A DNA stretch of 51,313 bases from an uncultured bacterium (GTDB lineage: Bacteria > Hydrothermota > Tepidihabitantia > CAYHGV01): the NCBI GenBank assembly GCA_964356135.1, contig CAYHGV010000002.1:1-51313 (forward strand). Direction: 5' to 3'. The position numbers and the translations under genes were made by a program. Shown one piece after another: positions 17,379-26,890 of this stretch; positions within the stretch are counted from its first letter, which is position 1; the number at the start of each line of letters is the position of its first letter. Under the pieces are notes generated by a model. It was not told the DNA's origin, did no database searches, and saw only the letters and a list, made by a program, of their open reading frames with translations.

Positions 17379-17771
17379 ATGACCGCAAAAGGTAAATTTT
17401 CAATTTTTCTGGTGGTACTCTTTCTCATCGGCGGCAGTTTTGGATTCATTGGTGGATTCTACTACCATAAATACAAAATTCACCGCAGGTGGACCAAGAT
17501 GATGAAAACCAGTCCTAAGACGATGCAGCTCGATACATTTACCAAAGAACTCAAGCTCACCCCGGAACAACGTCAATCGGTTGATGCAATCCTTGAAAAG
17601 CAATTTAACGGTTTCAAAACCATCTGGGAAGAGACGAAACCGCGCTACGATGCCATCGGCGATTCCTCCCGTGTTGCAATTACCAATTTGCTTACCTCCG
17701 AGCAAAAAATCAAATACGACTCACTGATTGCACGCTGGCGGAAATTTACTAAAAAAAGTGAAAATAAATAA
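17379..17771 (+). CDS. Spy/CpxP/ZraP-like periplasmic protein (LTxEQ repeats)
   Basis: SD GAGGAGG. It has an N-terminal TM/signal segment and two LTPEQ/LTSEQ helices typical of the Spy/CpxP (periplasmic heavy-metal sensor) family. Confidence 0.6.
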   Translation: MTAKGKFSIFLVVLFLIGGSFGFIGGFYYHKYKIHRRWTKMMKTSPKTMQLDTFTKELKLTPEQRQSVDAILEKQFNGFKTIWEETKPRYDAIGDSSRVAITNLLTSEQKIKYDSLIARWRKFTKKSENK

Positions 17772-18210
17772 AACCGAACATAAACACCCGATAAGCGTAA
17801 TTGCCGATACCTCATTCAATTCGTTAGCCTGGACGATCGGCCTGCGGCTCGAACAAGTGAGTTACCATTGTCCGGTCAATCGGCAAGATGCCCGGCTCCA
17901 CCGGATTGCTACCCTCTATCCCGACATCACCGTCTACCGCGGTGTCAGCGGCAATATGAAAATGGTTGCCCTGGGGAAAATCTGGCAGGAACAAACAATA
18001 GATGTAACGAAATTAAAACATGCCCTCGCCGGTTACTGGGCGGCGGCTCACTCCAATAATGCTTCGGTTTTTTTATTCGTCGAAAAAGGGTTGTATCCCA
18101 CCGCTCAGACTCTGGCTCGAAAAATCGGCACTGCGCTCAGTATCTTCTGGTTCAAAAGTAAGCCGGGCCGGGAGTGGGAATTAGACCCGAATCTCTATCA
18201 CGACCTCTAA
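17728..18210 (+). CDS. Hypothetical protein (start uncertain)
   Basis: The ORF has a TTG start that overlaps the previous gene by 44 nt. An internal ATG (MKMVALGK) is an alternative start. I recognise no motif. Confidence 0.3.
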   Translation: MHAGGNLLKKVKINKTEHKHPISVIADTSFNSLAWTIGLRLEQVSYHCPVNRQDARLHRIATLYPDITVYRGVSGNMKMVALGKIWQEQTIDVTKLKHALAGYWAAAHSNNASVFLFVEKGLYPTAQTLARKIGTALSIFWFKSKPGREWELDPNLYHDL

Positions 18211-18221
18211 AAACTGTCGCC

Positions 18222-19313
18222 TCAAATCTTTTCGGCAATCGCCTGACCGACCTCTAAGGTCGTGTTCGTGCCTCCCAGGTCGTAGGTTTTGACCTTCCCT
18301 TCTAAAATTATTTGTGCGACCGCCCGCTCGATCGCATCCGCCTTCGTTTTCTCGCCCAACCACTCGAGCATCATTTTTGCCGCGAGGATCGTCGCAATCG
18401 GATTGACCTTATACTGACCGGCGTATTTTGGTGCCGAGCCGTGACTCGGTTCAAACACGGAGAATTTCTCGCCAATATTGCCGCTGCAGCCAAAACCTAA
18501 GCCGCCGACCAGCTGGGCGCAGAGGTCGGAAATAATATCACCATAGAGATTGGGCGCAACCAGCACATCGTAGTTCAAAGGATTTTTTAAAAGCCACATA
18601 CACAGGGCGTCGATGTTGGCGTTGTCGAACTCGATTTCCGGATACTCCAAAGCGATGCGTTGGGCAGCCTCCAAAAACATTCCATCGGTCACCCGCACGA
18701 CATTGGCTTTGTGCACCGCGGTCACCTTTTCCCGCTTGTGCTGTCTCGCAAATTCAAATGCCGCTCGGATAATGCGCTCACAGCCGCGCCTAGTGTTGAC
18801 CTTTAAGGAAATCGCGGCATCGCGCGGCACCTTCGCCATTCCCCGCGCCAAAAACATTTCTTCCGGAATCGGATAGAACTCAACCCCGGCATAGAGGTCT
18901 TCGGTATTCTCCCGAAAGACGACCAGGTCGATTCCCTCGCGATAGTTCAGGGCATTGCCCGGATAGGCTTTGCAGGGCCGCAGGCAGATGTAAAGGTCTA
19001 ATAGCTGGCGCATCCGGACAATCGGACTTACATATAACAGCCCTTTCCCCTGGAGCTCGGGTGCGAGTTCTTTCTGGGCATCGGGCTTGGGCTTGGAGGT
19101 GATCGCACCGAACAGAGCGCTGTCGCTCTTCCGTAAGAGCTCGATGGTTCTTGCCGGTAACGCTTCACCTTCACGTCTCCAGAATTCCCAGCCGATATCG
19201 CCGTAGACGTAATCCGCTTCGAGTCCGGTCTTTTGTAGGACTATCATCGCCGCCTCAATCACATCCTTGCCAACGCCGTCACCGGGTAAAATTGCAATTC
19301 GATATTTCGCCAT
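18222..19313 (-). CDS. Isocitrate/3-isopropylmalate dehydrogenase family enzyme
   Basis: YRIAILPGDGVGKDV, VFRENTEDLYAG and NLYGDIISDL are hallmarks of the beta-decarboxylating dehydrogenase family. Substrate (IPM, homoisocitrate or isocitrate) cannot be decided by eye. Confidence 0.85.
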   Translation of the reverse strand: MAKYRIAILPGDGVGKDVIEAAMIVLQKTGLEADYVYGDIGWEFWRREGEALPARTIELLRKSDSALFGAITSKPKPDAQKELAPELQGKGLLYVSPIVRMRQLLDLYICLRPCKAYPGNALNYREGIDLVVFRENTEDLYAGVEFYPIPEEMFLARGMAKVPRDAAISLKVNTRRGCERIIRAAFEFARQHKREKVTAVHKANVVRVTDGMFLEAAQRIALEYPEIEFDNANIDALCMWLLKNPLNYDVLVAPNLYGDIISDLCAQLVGGLGFGCSGNIGEKFSVFEPSHGSAPKYAGQYKVNPIATILAAKMMLEWLGEKTKADAIERAVAQIILEGKVKTYDLGGTNTTLEVGQAIAEKI

Positions 19314-19401
19314 TCATCCTCCTTTAATAGTTATTGTTGTAACCACCGGTCAACCATTGCCGTTGTCCACCTGCCCGTTCTGTAATCCTCCGTAATCCAT
19401 T

Positions 19402-20976
19402 TTAACCGGGGAAAGGCATTGGTGGTTCACGCTGAGCAACATCAATGATTTTAACATTTAAAAAATCGTCAAACGTATACAGGATATCCTCCCGGTCGTC
19501 GAGGCCGGCAACCGGTGTCCCGGAACCACGGGCGTACGCCGGAGCGGGTTCAATCAGCAACGGTGCCGGGTTACCCGGACCAAACGGCGCGAGCTTCATA
19601 AAGTCGCTCGTGAACTCGGACCGGGGCAAAATTCCTTCGGCGGTTCGGTCTGCCTTTGGTTGGCGGGGATGGAAATGGCTACGGGCATACTCCTGAGCCT
19701 CGTTCAAAAACGGTGCAAGCTGCTCTTCGCGTAGCGAAAAACCGCACGCCCGTTTATGACCTCCGTATTCTACTAAATAGTTTCCCAGGGATTTCAACAG
19801 AACGAGCAGGTCATCGCCATCAAATCCCCGCAGCTCACCGACCCAGGCATCGCCCCGCCACGTCATCACCAGCGCCGGCATTAAAAACCGATTCCGTAAT
19901 TTCGTCGCACAAAACCCTAAATGGCGAATGGGAATCTGGGGGTCATACGCCACCACCAGATTATCCGACAGATATGCCTGGCGCTCCAATTCCTCGAGTT
20001 TGGCTTTCCCTTCTTCCTTGAAATCGGCAACCCGCGAAACAACCGCTTCGATCGTCGCCTGCGCCTTCTCATAATTCTTTTCTAATAAAAATTGGACGGT
20101 CTGGTGGGCTGCAATCGACGAAAAAACCGGTATGACTTCACTCGTGATCGTTTCGACCGTGAGCCGGTCCGAGCCAAGACCAATTCCGGCACGCAACGCC
20201 CGGAACGGTGGCTCGTCGCTTTGCGCGATTGTCCGCAAACCGAATCGCACAAAAATCCGGTTCTCATCGATCAGTCGCACCCGGTCAGCGATCGTGCCTA
20301 ACGCCGCCAGGGCGACCAGCTCCGGCCAGAAGGAAGACGGCACTCGCCCCCGATTGTCGATTAACGCCTGACCGAGCTTGAACGCCACGCCCGCACCGGC
20401 CAGGTCGATACAAGGATAGCGAGAATCCGGTCGCTTTGGGTCCAGCACCGCACCCGCCTCAGGAATTCCGTCGGTCAGCTCATGGTGGTCGGTAATAATA
20501 ACATCAATGCCATTGTGCTGGGCAAACTTCACCTCCGTGAAATTCGTTATCCCGCAGTCGGTCGTGATGACCAGGCTGACGCCGGACCGGGAAAATTCCG
20601 CCAGTTGTCTGCTGTTCAGACCGTGTGGCTCCTTGGTCTTTGCCGGAATATACGAGGCGACCGTTCCACCTGATTCGGCTAAACACCTGACCAGCAACGC
20701 GACACTGGTCGCGCCGTCCAGATCATCGTGCCCCCAGACCACAATCTTTTGTCCCACGGCAATTGCTTTTCGGATTCTCAGAACCGCTCGCTCGATATCG
20801 GGCATCACTTCCGGCGGATGGAGATCGGTCAACTGCGGTTCGAGAAATCGCCGGGCCTGGACTTCGGTCATACAACCGCGCCCGACCAAAATGCGGGCAA
20901 CAACCGGATGAATACCGCACGCGGCTGCTAAACGGCTGACCGCACCTTCATCCACCTCTTTAATCGACCAGAGCAC
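19402..20976 (-). CDS. recJ: Single-stranded-DNA-specific exonuclease RecJ
   Basis: DHH motifs are GHDDLDGATS, ITTDCGI and IITDHHE, followed by a DHHA1-like GGH (EYGGHKRACGF). Confidence 0.85.
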   Translation of the reverse strand: MLWSIKEVDEGAVSRLAAACGIHPVVARILVGRGCMTEVQARRFLEPQLTDLHPPEVMPDIERAVLRIRKAIAVGQKIVVWGHDDLDGATSVALLVRCLAESGGTVASYIPAKTKEPHGLNSRQLAEFSRSGVSLVITTDCGITNFTEVKFAQHNGIDVIITDHHELTDGIPEAGAVLDPKRPDSRYPCIDLAGAGVAFKLGQALIDNRGRVPSSFWPELVALAALGTIADRVRLIDENRIFVRFGLRTIAQSDEPPFRALRAGIGLGSDRLTVETITSEVIPVFSSIAAHQTVQFLLEKNYEKAQATIEAVVSRVADFKEEGKAKLEELERQAYLSDNLVVAYDPQIPIRHLGFCATKLRNRFLMPALVMTWRGDAWVGELRGFDGDDLLVLLKSLGNYLVEYGGHKRACGFSLREEQLAPFLNEAQEYARSHFHPRQPKADRTAEGILPRSEFTSDFMKLAPFGPGNPAPLLIEPAPAYARGSGTPVAGLDDREDILYTFDDFLNVKIIDVAQREPPMPFPG

Positions 20977-21054
20977 TACGTGGGTATGGTTAACCGGCTT
21001 GAACGAATAAAATATTTGGATCGTTCGCTGCCCTTTGAACTATTCGCTCAAATT

Positions 21055-21789
21055 TCATTTCTCAAAAATCCTGGAAAAAGCCATAACCGTTCGATAATCG
21101 GTTTCCAGAACATTGCCGATGACGATAAAATCCGCGCCCGCTTTAATCCTCGTTTCACCATCGTCGGGCGTCCGGATACCGCCGCCGACGATAATCGGCA
21201 GGGCGATGTCGCTCCGAACCTTTTGGATGATGTGCTCTCCAACCATTGTACTCGCGCCGCTGCCCGCTTCAAGATAAATCATTTTCATTCCCAGGTATTG
21301 GCCGGCTAAAGCATGGGCGCTGACGATCTCGGGCTTGTCCTGGGGAATGGGTTTGGTGTCGGACATGAACTCGACACTCGTCAGTTTACCCGATTCGATC
21401 AAAATATAACCGACCGGTATCACTTCCAGACCGTAGTGCTTTATCAACGGCGCTGCCCGCACCTGCTCACCGATCAAAAATTCCGGATTACGACCGCTCA
21501 ACAGCGAAAGAAAAAAAAGTGCATCGGCCGCAGGCGAGAGCTGGTGGCTGCCACCGGGAAAGATAATGACCGGCACCGTCGCCGCCGCTTTGACCGCTTC
21601 CACAAATGCGCTGAAATCCGGTGAGTACAAAAGACTCGTTCCGACCAGAATCGCCGTCAGGCGGGAGTCACAAATCGTTTTCGTTATATCCGAAACCTGG
21701 TCATACCCACGTTTCGTATGCGGAATCCGGTCCGGGTCTAACAGGACAAAAAACCCGGGCCGCCGCTCTAACAGCCGTTCATAAACCAT
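21055..21789 (-). CDS. Geranylgeranylglyceryl / heptaprenylglyceryl phosphate synthase family protein (PcrB/GGGPS)
   Basis: The size is 244 aa with a TIM-barrel pattern: FFVLLDPDR at the N-terminus, YLEAGSGA, and the phosphate-binding IVGGGIRTPDD. Confidence 0.75.
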   Translation of the reverse strand: MVYERLLERRPGFFVLLDPDRIPHTKRGYDQVSDITKTICDSRLTAILVGTSLLYSPDFSAFVEAVKAAATVPVIIFPGGSHQLSPAADALFFLSLLSGRNPEFLIGEQVRAAPLIKHYGLEVIPVGYILIESGKLTSVEFMSDTKPIPQDKPEIVSAHALAGQYLGMKMIYLEAGSGASTMVGEHIIQKVRSDIALPIIVGGGIRTPDDGETRIKAGADFIVIGNVLETDYRTVMAFSRIFEK

Positions 21790-21930
21790 ACCGACCCCTT
21801 TCGTTATTTAATTTTCTAAAACTTTCATCACGAAACTCAGGAAATCTCGAAAACACGAAAAACAAATTCGAAGCGATAATCGTACGGAAGGGCCCTTCAA
21901 CAACTATGTTCCTTTCGTACTTTCTTGCTT

Positions 21931-23223
21931 TCATAGATTTCGTGATATGGCTTTTATTTTCCCTTTCCCCCTGTGTCGGGTTACGGCTTGTAATTGTTGA
22001 AACTGGTCGAGTAGGTGGTTCACCTCGTGCGGGGTCGTGCCCGAACCGGAGGCAATACGCCGCCGACGGGAGCCGTTAATTATTTCCGGATGGGCACGCT
22101 CATCTTTGGTCATCGAAAGAATAATCGCTTCGGTTTTCACAAATTCGTTCGGGTCGAGGTTCTGACCAGCGAAGCCGGGAACGAGCTTCGCAATCTTGGT
22201 TATATCCCCCATGCGCTTGAATGCACGCAGCTGGCTGAGGAAATCGTCGAAGGTCAGCTCGCCTTTGAAAACCTTTTTTGCCAACCGCTCTCCTTCTTCC
22301 TTGGAAACAACCTGTTCTACTTTTTCCGCCAGGGTTTGCACATCCGCCATCCCCATGAACCGGGCAGCAATTCGTTCCGGGACGAACTCCTCCAATTCTT
22401 CGAGGTGCTCACCGGTTCCAATAAAATAAATTGGCAGCTGGGTCACCCAGCGCACCGACAGGGCTGCTCCGCCCTGCTCGTCGCCATCGAGTTTGGTGAG
22501 AATCGCACCGCCGAGACCCACTTTTTCATGAAACTCCTTTGCCTGCTTGACCGCATCCTGGCCGGTCATGCCATCCACGACTAAAAGGTCGTAATGGGGT
22601 CGAAAACGTTTTTTAATCTCGATCAGCTCCTGGGTTAACTCGCTGTTGATATGTAACCGGCCGGCGGTATCGAAGATTACAAGTCCATGATTATTCACTT
22701 TCGCCAATGCAAGTGCCTCGACGCAGGTCGCAACGGTATCATTGTTAACAATATCGAAGAACCCGAGCCCTGCCCGCTGGGCTAAACGCTGGAGCTGTTG
22801 GGCAGCAGCCGGTCGTTTGGGATCACACGCAACGAGCAGCGGTTTTTTCTGGCGGTAGTGGAAGCCGATTTTCGCCGCGGTTACAGTCTTCCCCACGCCC
22901 TGCAGCCCCAAAAGGTTAATGACCAGCGGCGTATCGGTAAACTCAATCTTCGCCGCCTCCCCGCCCAACAATCTAACCAGCTCACGGTACACCGCCGTCG
23001 TAATCTGTTCTGCCGGCTTCAGGCTCGAGACCACGGTTTCCGATTTGAACGCTTCGGCAAGGCGCAGGTTGAGGTCCTTAACCACCTGGTAGTTGACATC
23101 CGCCTCTAACAATGAAACCCGTATCTCCCGGAGAGCAGTTTCTATCTCCTTCGGGCTGAACGCACCGAAACCCAGCAGCCGGCGCCGGAGCTTGATAAAC
23201 TTATCCGCTAAGTAGCCGAACAT
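21931..23223 (-). CDS. ffh: Signal recognition particle protein Ffh
   Basis: The N domain is MFGYLADKF...LLEADVNYQVV. The G domain has GLQGVGKTVTAAK, DTAGR and TKLDGD. It is followed by a Met-rich M domain. Confidence 0.92.
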   Translation of the reverse strand: MFGYLADKFIKLRRRLLGFGAFSPKEIETALREIRVSLLEADVNYQVVKDLNLRLAEAFKSETVVSSLKPAEQITTAVYRELVRLLGGEAAKIEFTDTPLVINLLGLQGVGKTVTAAKIGFHYRQKKPLLVACDPKRPAAAQQLQRLAQRAGLGFFDIVNNDTVATCVEALALAKVNNHGLVIFDTAGRLHINSELTQELIEIKKRFRPHYDLLVVDGMTGQDAVKQAKEFHEKVGLGGAILTKLDGDEQGGAALSVRWVTQLPIYFIGTGEHLEELEEFVPERIAARFMGMADVQTLAEKVEQVVSKEEGERLAKKVFKGELTFDDFLSQLRAFKRMGDITKIAKLVPGFAGQNLDPNEFVKTEAIILSMTKDERAHPEIINGSRRRRIASGSGTTPHEVNHLLDQFQQLQAVTRHRGKGKIKAISRNL

Positions 23224-23858
23224 TTCAACGCCTGGACAACACTTCGGTAATCGGTTGAACGGAAGATGGCACTGCCCGCAACCGCGATATCCACCCCTGC
23301 CGCCGTAAGCTCGGGCGCGAGCGCGGGATTCACTCCGCCATCGACCGCTAACCGGCAGTTCGGGTTCGCGCGATCAAGCAGCGCGCGCGCCTGGCGGAGC
23401 CTGGAAAGTGTTTCGCTGATGAACCCTTGACCGCCGAACCCCGGCCAGACACTCATCACGAGCAGCAGATCGAGCTCGGGAAGAAATTTTTCAATCCGAT
23501 CCACATCCGTCCCCGGATTTAAAGCGATACCCGTATTTTTACCTTGGGATTTTATGAGTTCGAGACACCGTCCTGGGTTCTTCGTTGCCTCGATGTGAAA
23601 AGTAATCGCATCCGAACCGCTCCGGGCAAACGACTCAATCAACGCCTCCGGTTCGGTCACCATCAGGTGGGATTCTAAAAAAAGCGCCGTAACCGGTCGG
23701 AGCGCTTTGAGCACGGGAATGCCAAAACTGAGGTTGGGAACAAAATGGCCATCCATGACATCGAGATGAAACAAATCGATCCCTGCCTGTTCAGCTTTTT
23801 TAATTTCTTCGCCTAAGTGTAAAAAATCGGAGTCGAGAATCGAAGCGGCAATTCTCAT
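23208..23858 (-). CDS. rpe: Ribulose-phosphate 3-epimerase
   Basis: SILDSDFLHLGEEI...HLDVMDGHFVPNLSFG...VDGGV is the classic Rpe pattern. It overlaps the ffh start by 16 nt. Confidence 0.92.
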   Translation of the reverse strand: MRIAASILDSDFLHLGEEIKKAEQAGIDLFHLDVMDGHFVPNLSFGIPVLKALRPVTALFLESHLMVTEPEALIESFARSGSDAITFHIEATKNPGRCLELIKSQGKNTGIALNPGTDVDRIEKFLPELDLLLVMSVWPGFGGQGFISETLSRLRQARALLDRANPNCRLAVDGGVNPALAPELTAAGVDIAVAGSAIFRSTDYRSVVQALKCSAT

Positions 23859-23862
23859 CAGC

Positions 23863-24597
23863 TCATTTTTTGATCACGATGAGCCGAATCGTATCCGCCG
23901 TGTCAACCTGGGCACCGGCGGGTGGTGACTGGATCAACACCATCCCTGGTTCACCCTCTGCCGTTACCTCCTTAATTTCTCCCACCAACAATTGCGATTG
24001 GGAAATGAGACTCTTCGCTGCATCGAGCGTCAGTCCGATCAAATTCGGTATGGTGATCTTACCCGACCCACCGGCTGAGATACCGAGCTCGAGCGGGCTC
24101 CCCTTATCAACCGAACTATTGGGCTCGGGGAATACCCGGCAGACCCTGCCTGCCGGAAACGTATCGCTGGCCAGGGATTCGACCTTTACCACTTTCAAAC
24201 CCAGATTGAGGGCAATGTTCTGCGCCTGCTCTAAAGTCAACCCGTAGAGATAGGGAACCCGCAGCCGTTGGGGACCGGTCGACACCACCAGCGAGACCAT
24301 CCGTCCCGCTTTGACCACACTCCCCGCTTTTGGCCGCTGTTCCATCACATAGCCCTGGGGCCAGAGGGTATCCGGTCGTTCATCATACACCTCATAGGTC
24401 AGCTCTTTGCCCTTTACAATCTCCTGCACTTCGGTTAAGGACTTGCCCACCAACTCCGGCACCTCAACCTCTTTACCTTGATGAACGATCCAGGGCATAA
24501 GCAAGAAATTAAAAACGACCAGACCGATGAGAAAGAACGCGAACACACCGCCGAGACTGAAAATAACATAGAGAATGACTTTGAGTGTTCTGGGCAT
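23863..24597 (-). CDS. PASTA domain-containing membrane protein (no kinase or PBP domain)
   Basis: An N-terminal TM helix is followed by three PASTA-like repeats (VPELVGKSLTEVQEI.., VPYLYGLTLEQAQNI.., IPNLIGLTLDAAKSL..). Confidence 0.75.
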   Translation of the reverse strand: MPRTLKVILYVIFSLGGVFAFFLIGLVVFNFLLMPWIVHQGKEVEVPELVGKSLTEVQEIVKGKELTYEVYDERPDTLWPQGYVMEQRPKAGSVVKAGRMVSLVVSTGPQRLRVPYLYGLTLEQAQNIALNLGLKVVKVESLASDTFPAGRVCRVFPEPNSSVDKGSPLELGISAGGSGKITIPNLIGLTLDAAKSLISQSQLLVGEIKEVTAEGEPGMVLIQSPPAGAQVDTADTIRLIVIKK

Positions 24598-24598
24598 G

Positions 24599-25318
24599 TT
24601 ATTCGAGGACGGTTGCGATCTGTAATGCGACGGTGTCGCCTTGCGATAAGCTCGTACCCGCTAATGGTTTTTGACCGGTGACCCGACCGGGCGAGTACTC
24701 GGTCGAAACCCGATACGAAATTTTACCGACTATGAATCCCAGTCCGGTAAGAATCTCTTTTGCTGCCTCTAAACGTTTGCCGATGAGATTGGGGACGACG
24801 ATCTCCTGCCGACCCTGGCTGATGGTTATGACAATTCCATCGCCTTTCTTGACGATGACACCGGCTTGGGGTTGGGTCGCGGAAATCACACCTTTCGGTA
24901 GTGAATCCGAGAAGCCGGAATCGACCCGTTCAATCTCTAACCCCATCTCTTCAAGCTGATTCCGGGCTCGCTCCAGACCGAAGCCGGCGAGTTCGGGAAC
25001 GATGAACCGCTCCGCACCTTTGCTGACCCAGACCGAAATTACTCCTCCCTTGGTTACAATCACGCCCGCCTGCGGTTCCTGGCGTAAAACCATACCTGCC
25101 ACCGAAGCATCGCTCGGCTCCTCACCGACCAGCTTGAGCCGCAGGTCTTTCGGTTTTAAGATAATGTGCGCCTGCTCCGGACTCACGCCGGACAATTCAG
25201 GAACCGCCACCCCGGCGCGAGGCTGGAGAATGGCAAAGTAGAAAACGACTACCACCATGATGGTGATGAAGAGAGCAGAAAAGACCATAATCAAAATCAT
25301 GCGCCAGATATTATTCAT
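24599..25318 (-). CDS. PASTA domain-containing membrane protein (paralogue of the downstream gene)
   Basis: An N-terminal TM helix is followed by three PASTA-like repeats (VPELSGVSPEQAHII.., VPELAGFGLERARNQ.., VPNLIGKRLEAAKEI..). It ends 1 nt before the next PASTA gene. Confidence 0.75.
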   Translation of the reverse strand: MNNIWRMILIMVFSALFITIMVVVVFYFAILQPRAGVAVPELSGVSPEQAHIILKPKDLRLKLVGEEPSDASVAGMVLRQEPQAGVIVTKGGVISVWVSKGAERFIVPELAGFGLERARNQLEEMGLEIERVDSGFSDSLPKGVISATQPQAGVIVKKGDGIVITISQGRQEIVVPNLIGKRLEAAKEILTGLGFIVGKISYRVSTEYSPGRVTGQKPLAGTSLSQGDTVALQIATVLE

Positions 25319-25437
25319 ACTGCCTCCTGATAGTTAATAGCCAAAAAAAGGAATTTTGTCAAGGCGGGCGAAACGGAGAACCATCGCCGGCCTTGACAAA
25401 GTCCATTGTCTTCTACAGGCTTTACCAGGAGGTAGTA

Positions 25438-26493
25438 ATGTTCTTGCGAAACGCTTTTTTTCTCGTCCTGGCAGTAGCTGGCATTGTGACCAGCGGTTGC
25501 CGTAAAGAACCGGAACACTCAAAAGCCGACTGGTATACCGAGGTCTTTACCACCCTGCCGACAAAATACAGTAAGATAAAAATCGCCATCGTCTATCACG
25601 AAAAATATGAAACCTTCGCCGGTGACACCGCCGACCTGCGGATAAACTCCTCGCCGGCGGCGTTAGCCGCCTATCAGCAAGGGGTCGGCTCGGATTACTT
25701 TATTGGAACCTTCGCCGGGTCAAATCAAAAAATCCTCCCGCCTGACAGCGGCTGCTATGTCGGAGTCTTCCCGGGCTGGGGACAGATGGAAGACTCGGTT
25801 TCTCTTCCGACCCTCGAAGATTTTGAAACCCTTGCCGGCAAAGGAGTGGCATTTGCTCCGTTTTCAAATTTCTGGGGAGAAAATTATAGTTCACGCCAGC
25901 AACTCGATATAATCGCAAACTACGGTGCGGTTCCGATGCTTCGATTGATGCCCTGGGGCGACTACTGGGTTCCGGCCTACGAGTCTACCTATGCCCTGCA
26001 AAAAATTATTGACGGCGACTTTGACCCATTCCTGGCGGATTGGGCTACCGACATCAAAGAATTCAGCAAACCGGTAATGGCAACTTTTGGCGTCGAAATG
26101 AACGGAAACTGGTTTCCCTGGTCCGGCTGGTTTCAGGGCAGAGACACTCTCACCGGCTTTGGCGACCCGGCCAAAGCCGATGGTCCGGAACGCTATGTTG
26201 CCGCCTTCCGCCATATTATCGACTTGTTTAAAAACCAGAGCGTCACCAATGTTACCTGGTATTTTCACCCCAATTACGACTGCCAACCGCCCGAAGCCTG
26301 GAATTCGATCGAAGCCTATTACCCGGGCGATGACTATATCGACTGGATAGCATTCAGCCTCTACGGCGCCCAATCCCAAACCGAACCCTGGCTCGGTTTT
26401 GAAGAAATCATCGACCTGGTGTATAACGACCTGATAATGAAATTTCCCGACAAACCACTGATGATTGCCGAATGGGGGGTTCGAGAACCGTAG
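25438..26493 (+). CDS. GH26-like glycoside hydrolase lipoprotein (mannanase family)
   Basis: The start is moved to ATG 25438, which has the SD AGGAGG 5 nt upstream and gives a signal peptide with lipobox VTSGC. FGVEMNGNWFPWSG and YPGDDYIDWIAFSLYG resemble GH26 catalytic regions. Confidence 0.6.
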   Translation: MFLRNAFFLVLAVAGIVTSGCRKEPEHSKADWYTEVFTTLPTKYSKIKIAIVYHEKYETFAGDTADLRINSSPAALAAYQQGVGSDYFIGTFAGSNQKILPPDSGCYVGVFPGWGQMEDSVSLPTLEDFETLAGKGVAFAPFSNFWGENYSSRQQLDIIANYGAVPMLRLMPWGDYWVPAYESTYALQKIIDGDFDPFLADWATDIKEFSKPVMATFGVEMNGNWFPWSGWFQGRDTLTGFGDPAKADGPERYVAAFRHIIDLFKNQSVTNVTWYFHPNYDCQPPEAWNSIEAYYPGDDYIDWIAFSLYGAQSQTEPWLGFEEIIDLVYNDLIMKFPDKPLMIAEWGVREP

Positions 26494-26560
26494 GAAAATG
26501 TAGTAAAAAAATTTTAACCACCGATCCGCCAAGAAGTGTGGCGGAGTATGGCGGACACGG

Positions 26561-26860
26561 AATTCACTGAATAAAAAAGTATACTAGCGGCTCTAAGTTT
26601 TCTTTATTTATGTCTGTCGTCTCTGTTCTATTTAACCATTCACAATTTAACCAGTTATTGTTTTCTCTCTGTCTTCCGTGGTTTGATCCATCTGTGCTCA
26701 TCCGGGTTTATCTGTGTGCATCTGTGGTTAATTTTTCTTCCGTGTTTTCGGTGTCTTCGGGGTCAATTCCTTTCTTTAAGCCTGTCGGCTGGGTGTTATT
26801 TAACCATTCACCATTCAACCATTTTGCATTCTCTTTCGTTTTTCTTGTTTTGTTTGGGTA
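26561..26860 (+). repeat. Short-period pyrimidine-rich repeat array (TCTGTG/TCCGTG cores)
   Basis: A typical stretch is gtcttccgtggtttgatccatctgtgctcatccgggtttatctgtgtgcatctgtggttaatttttcttccgtgttttcggtgtcttcgg. An internal direct repeat tatttaaccattcac(a/c)att(t/c)aacca occurs at 26629 and 26797. Confidence 0.8.
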
Positions 26861-26862
26861 AG

Positions 26863-26890
26863 TTGACAGTCTGGAGAAGTCGGTTAGACT
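26863..26890 (+). promoter_or_regulatory. Sigma70-like promoter upstream of MFS gene
   Basis: TTGACA (26863-26868), a 16-nt spacer, then TAGACT (26885-26890). It lies immediately after the repeat array. Confidence 0.45.

Noticed and set aside
25891-26532. 213-aa minus-strand ORF overlapping the GH26-like gene.
   Set aside because: It is antisense to a gene with a signal peptide, a lipobox and GH26-like motifs, and I found no motif or SD of its own.
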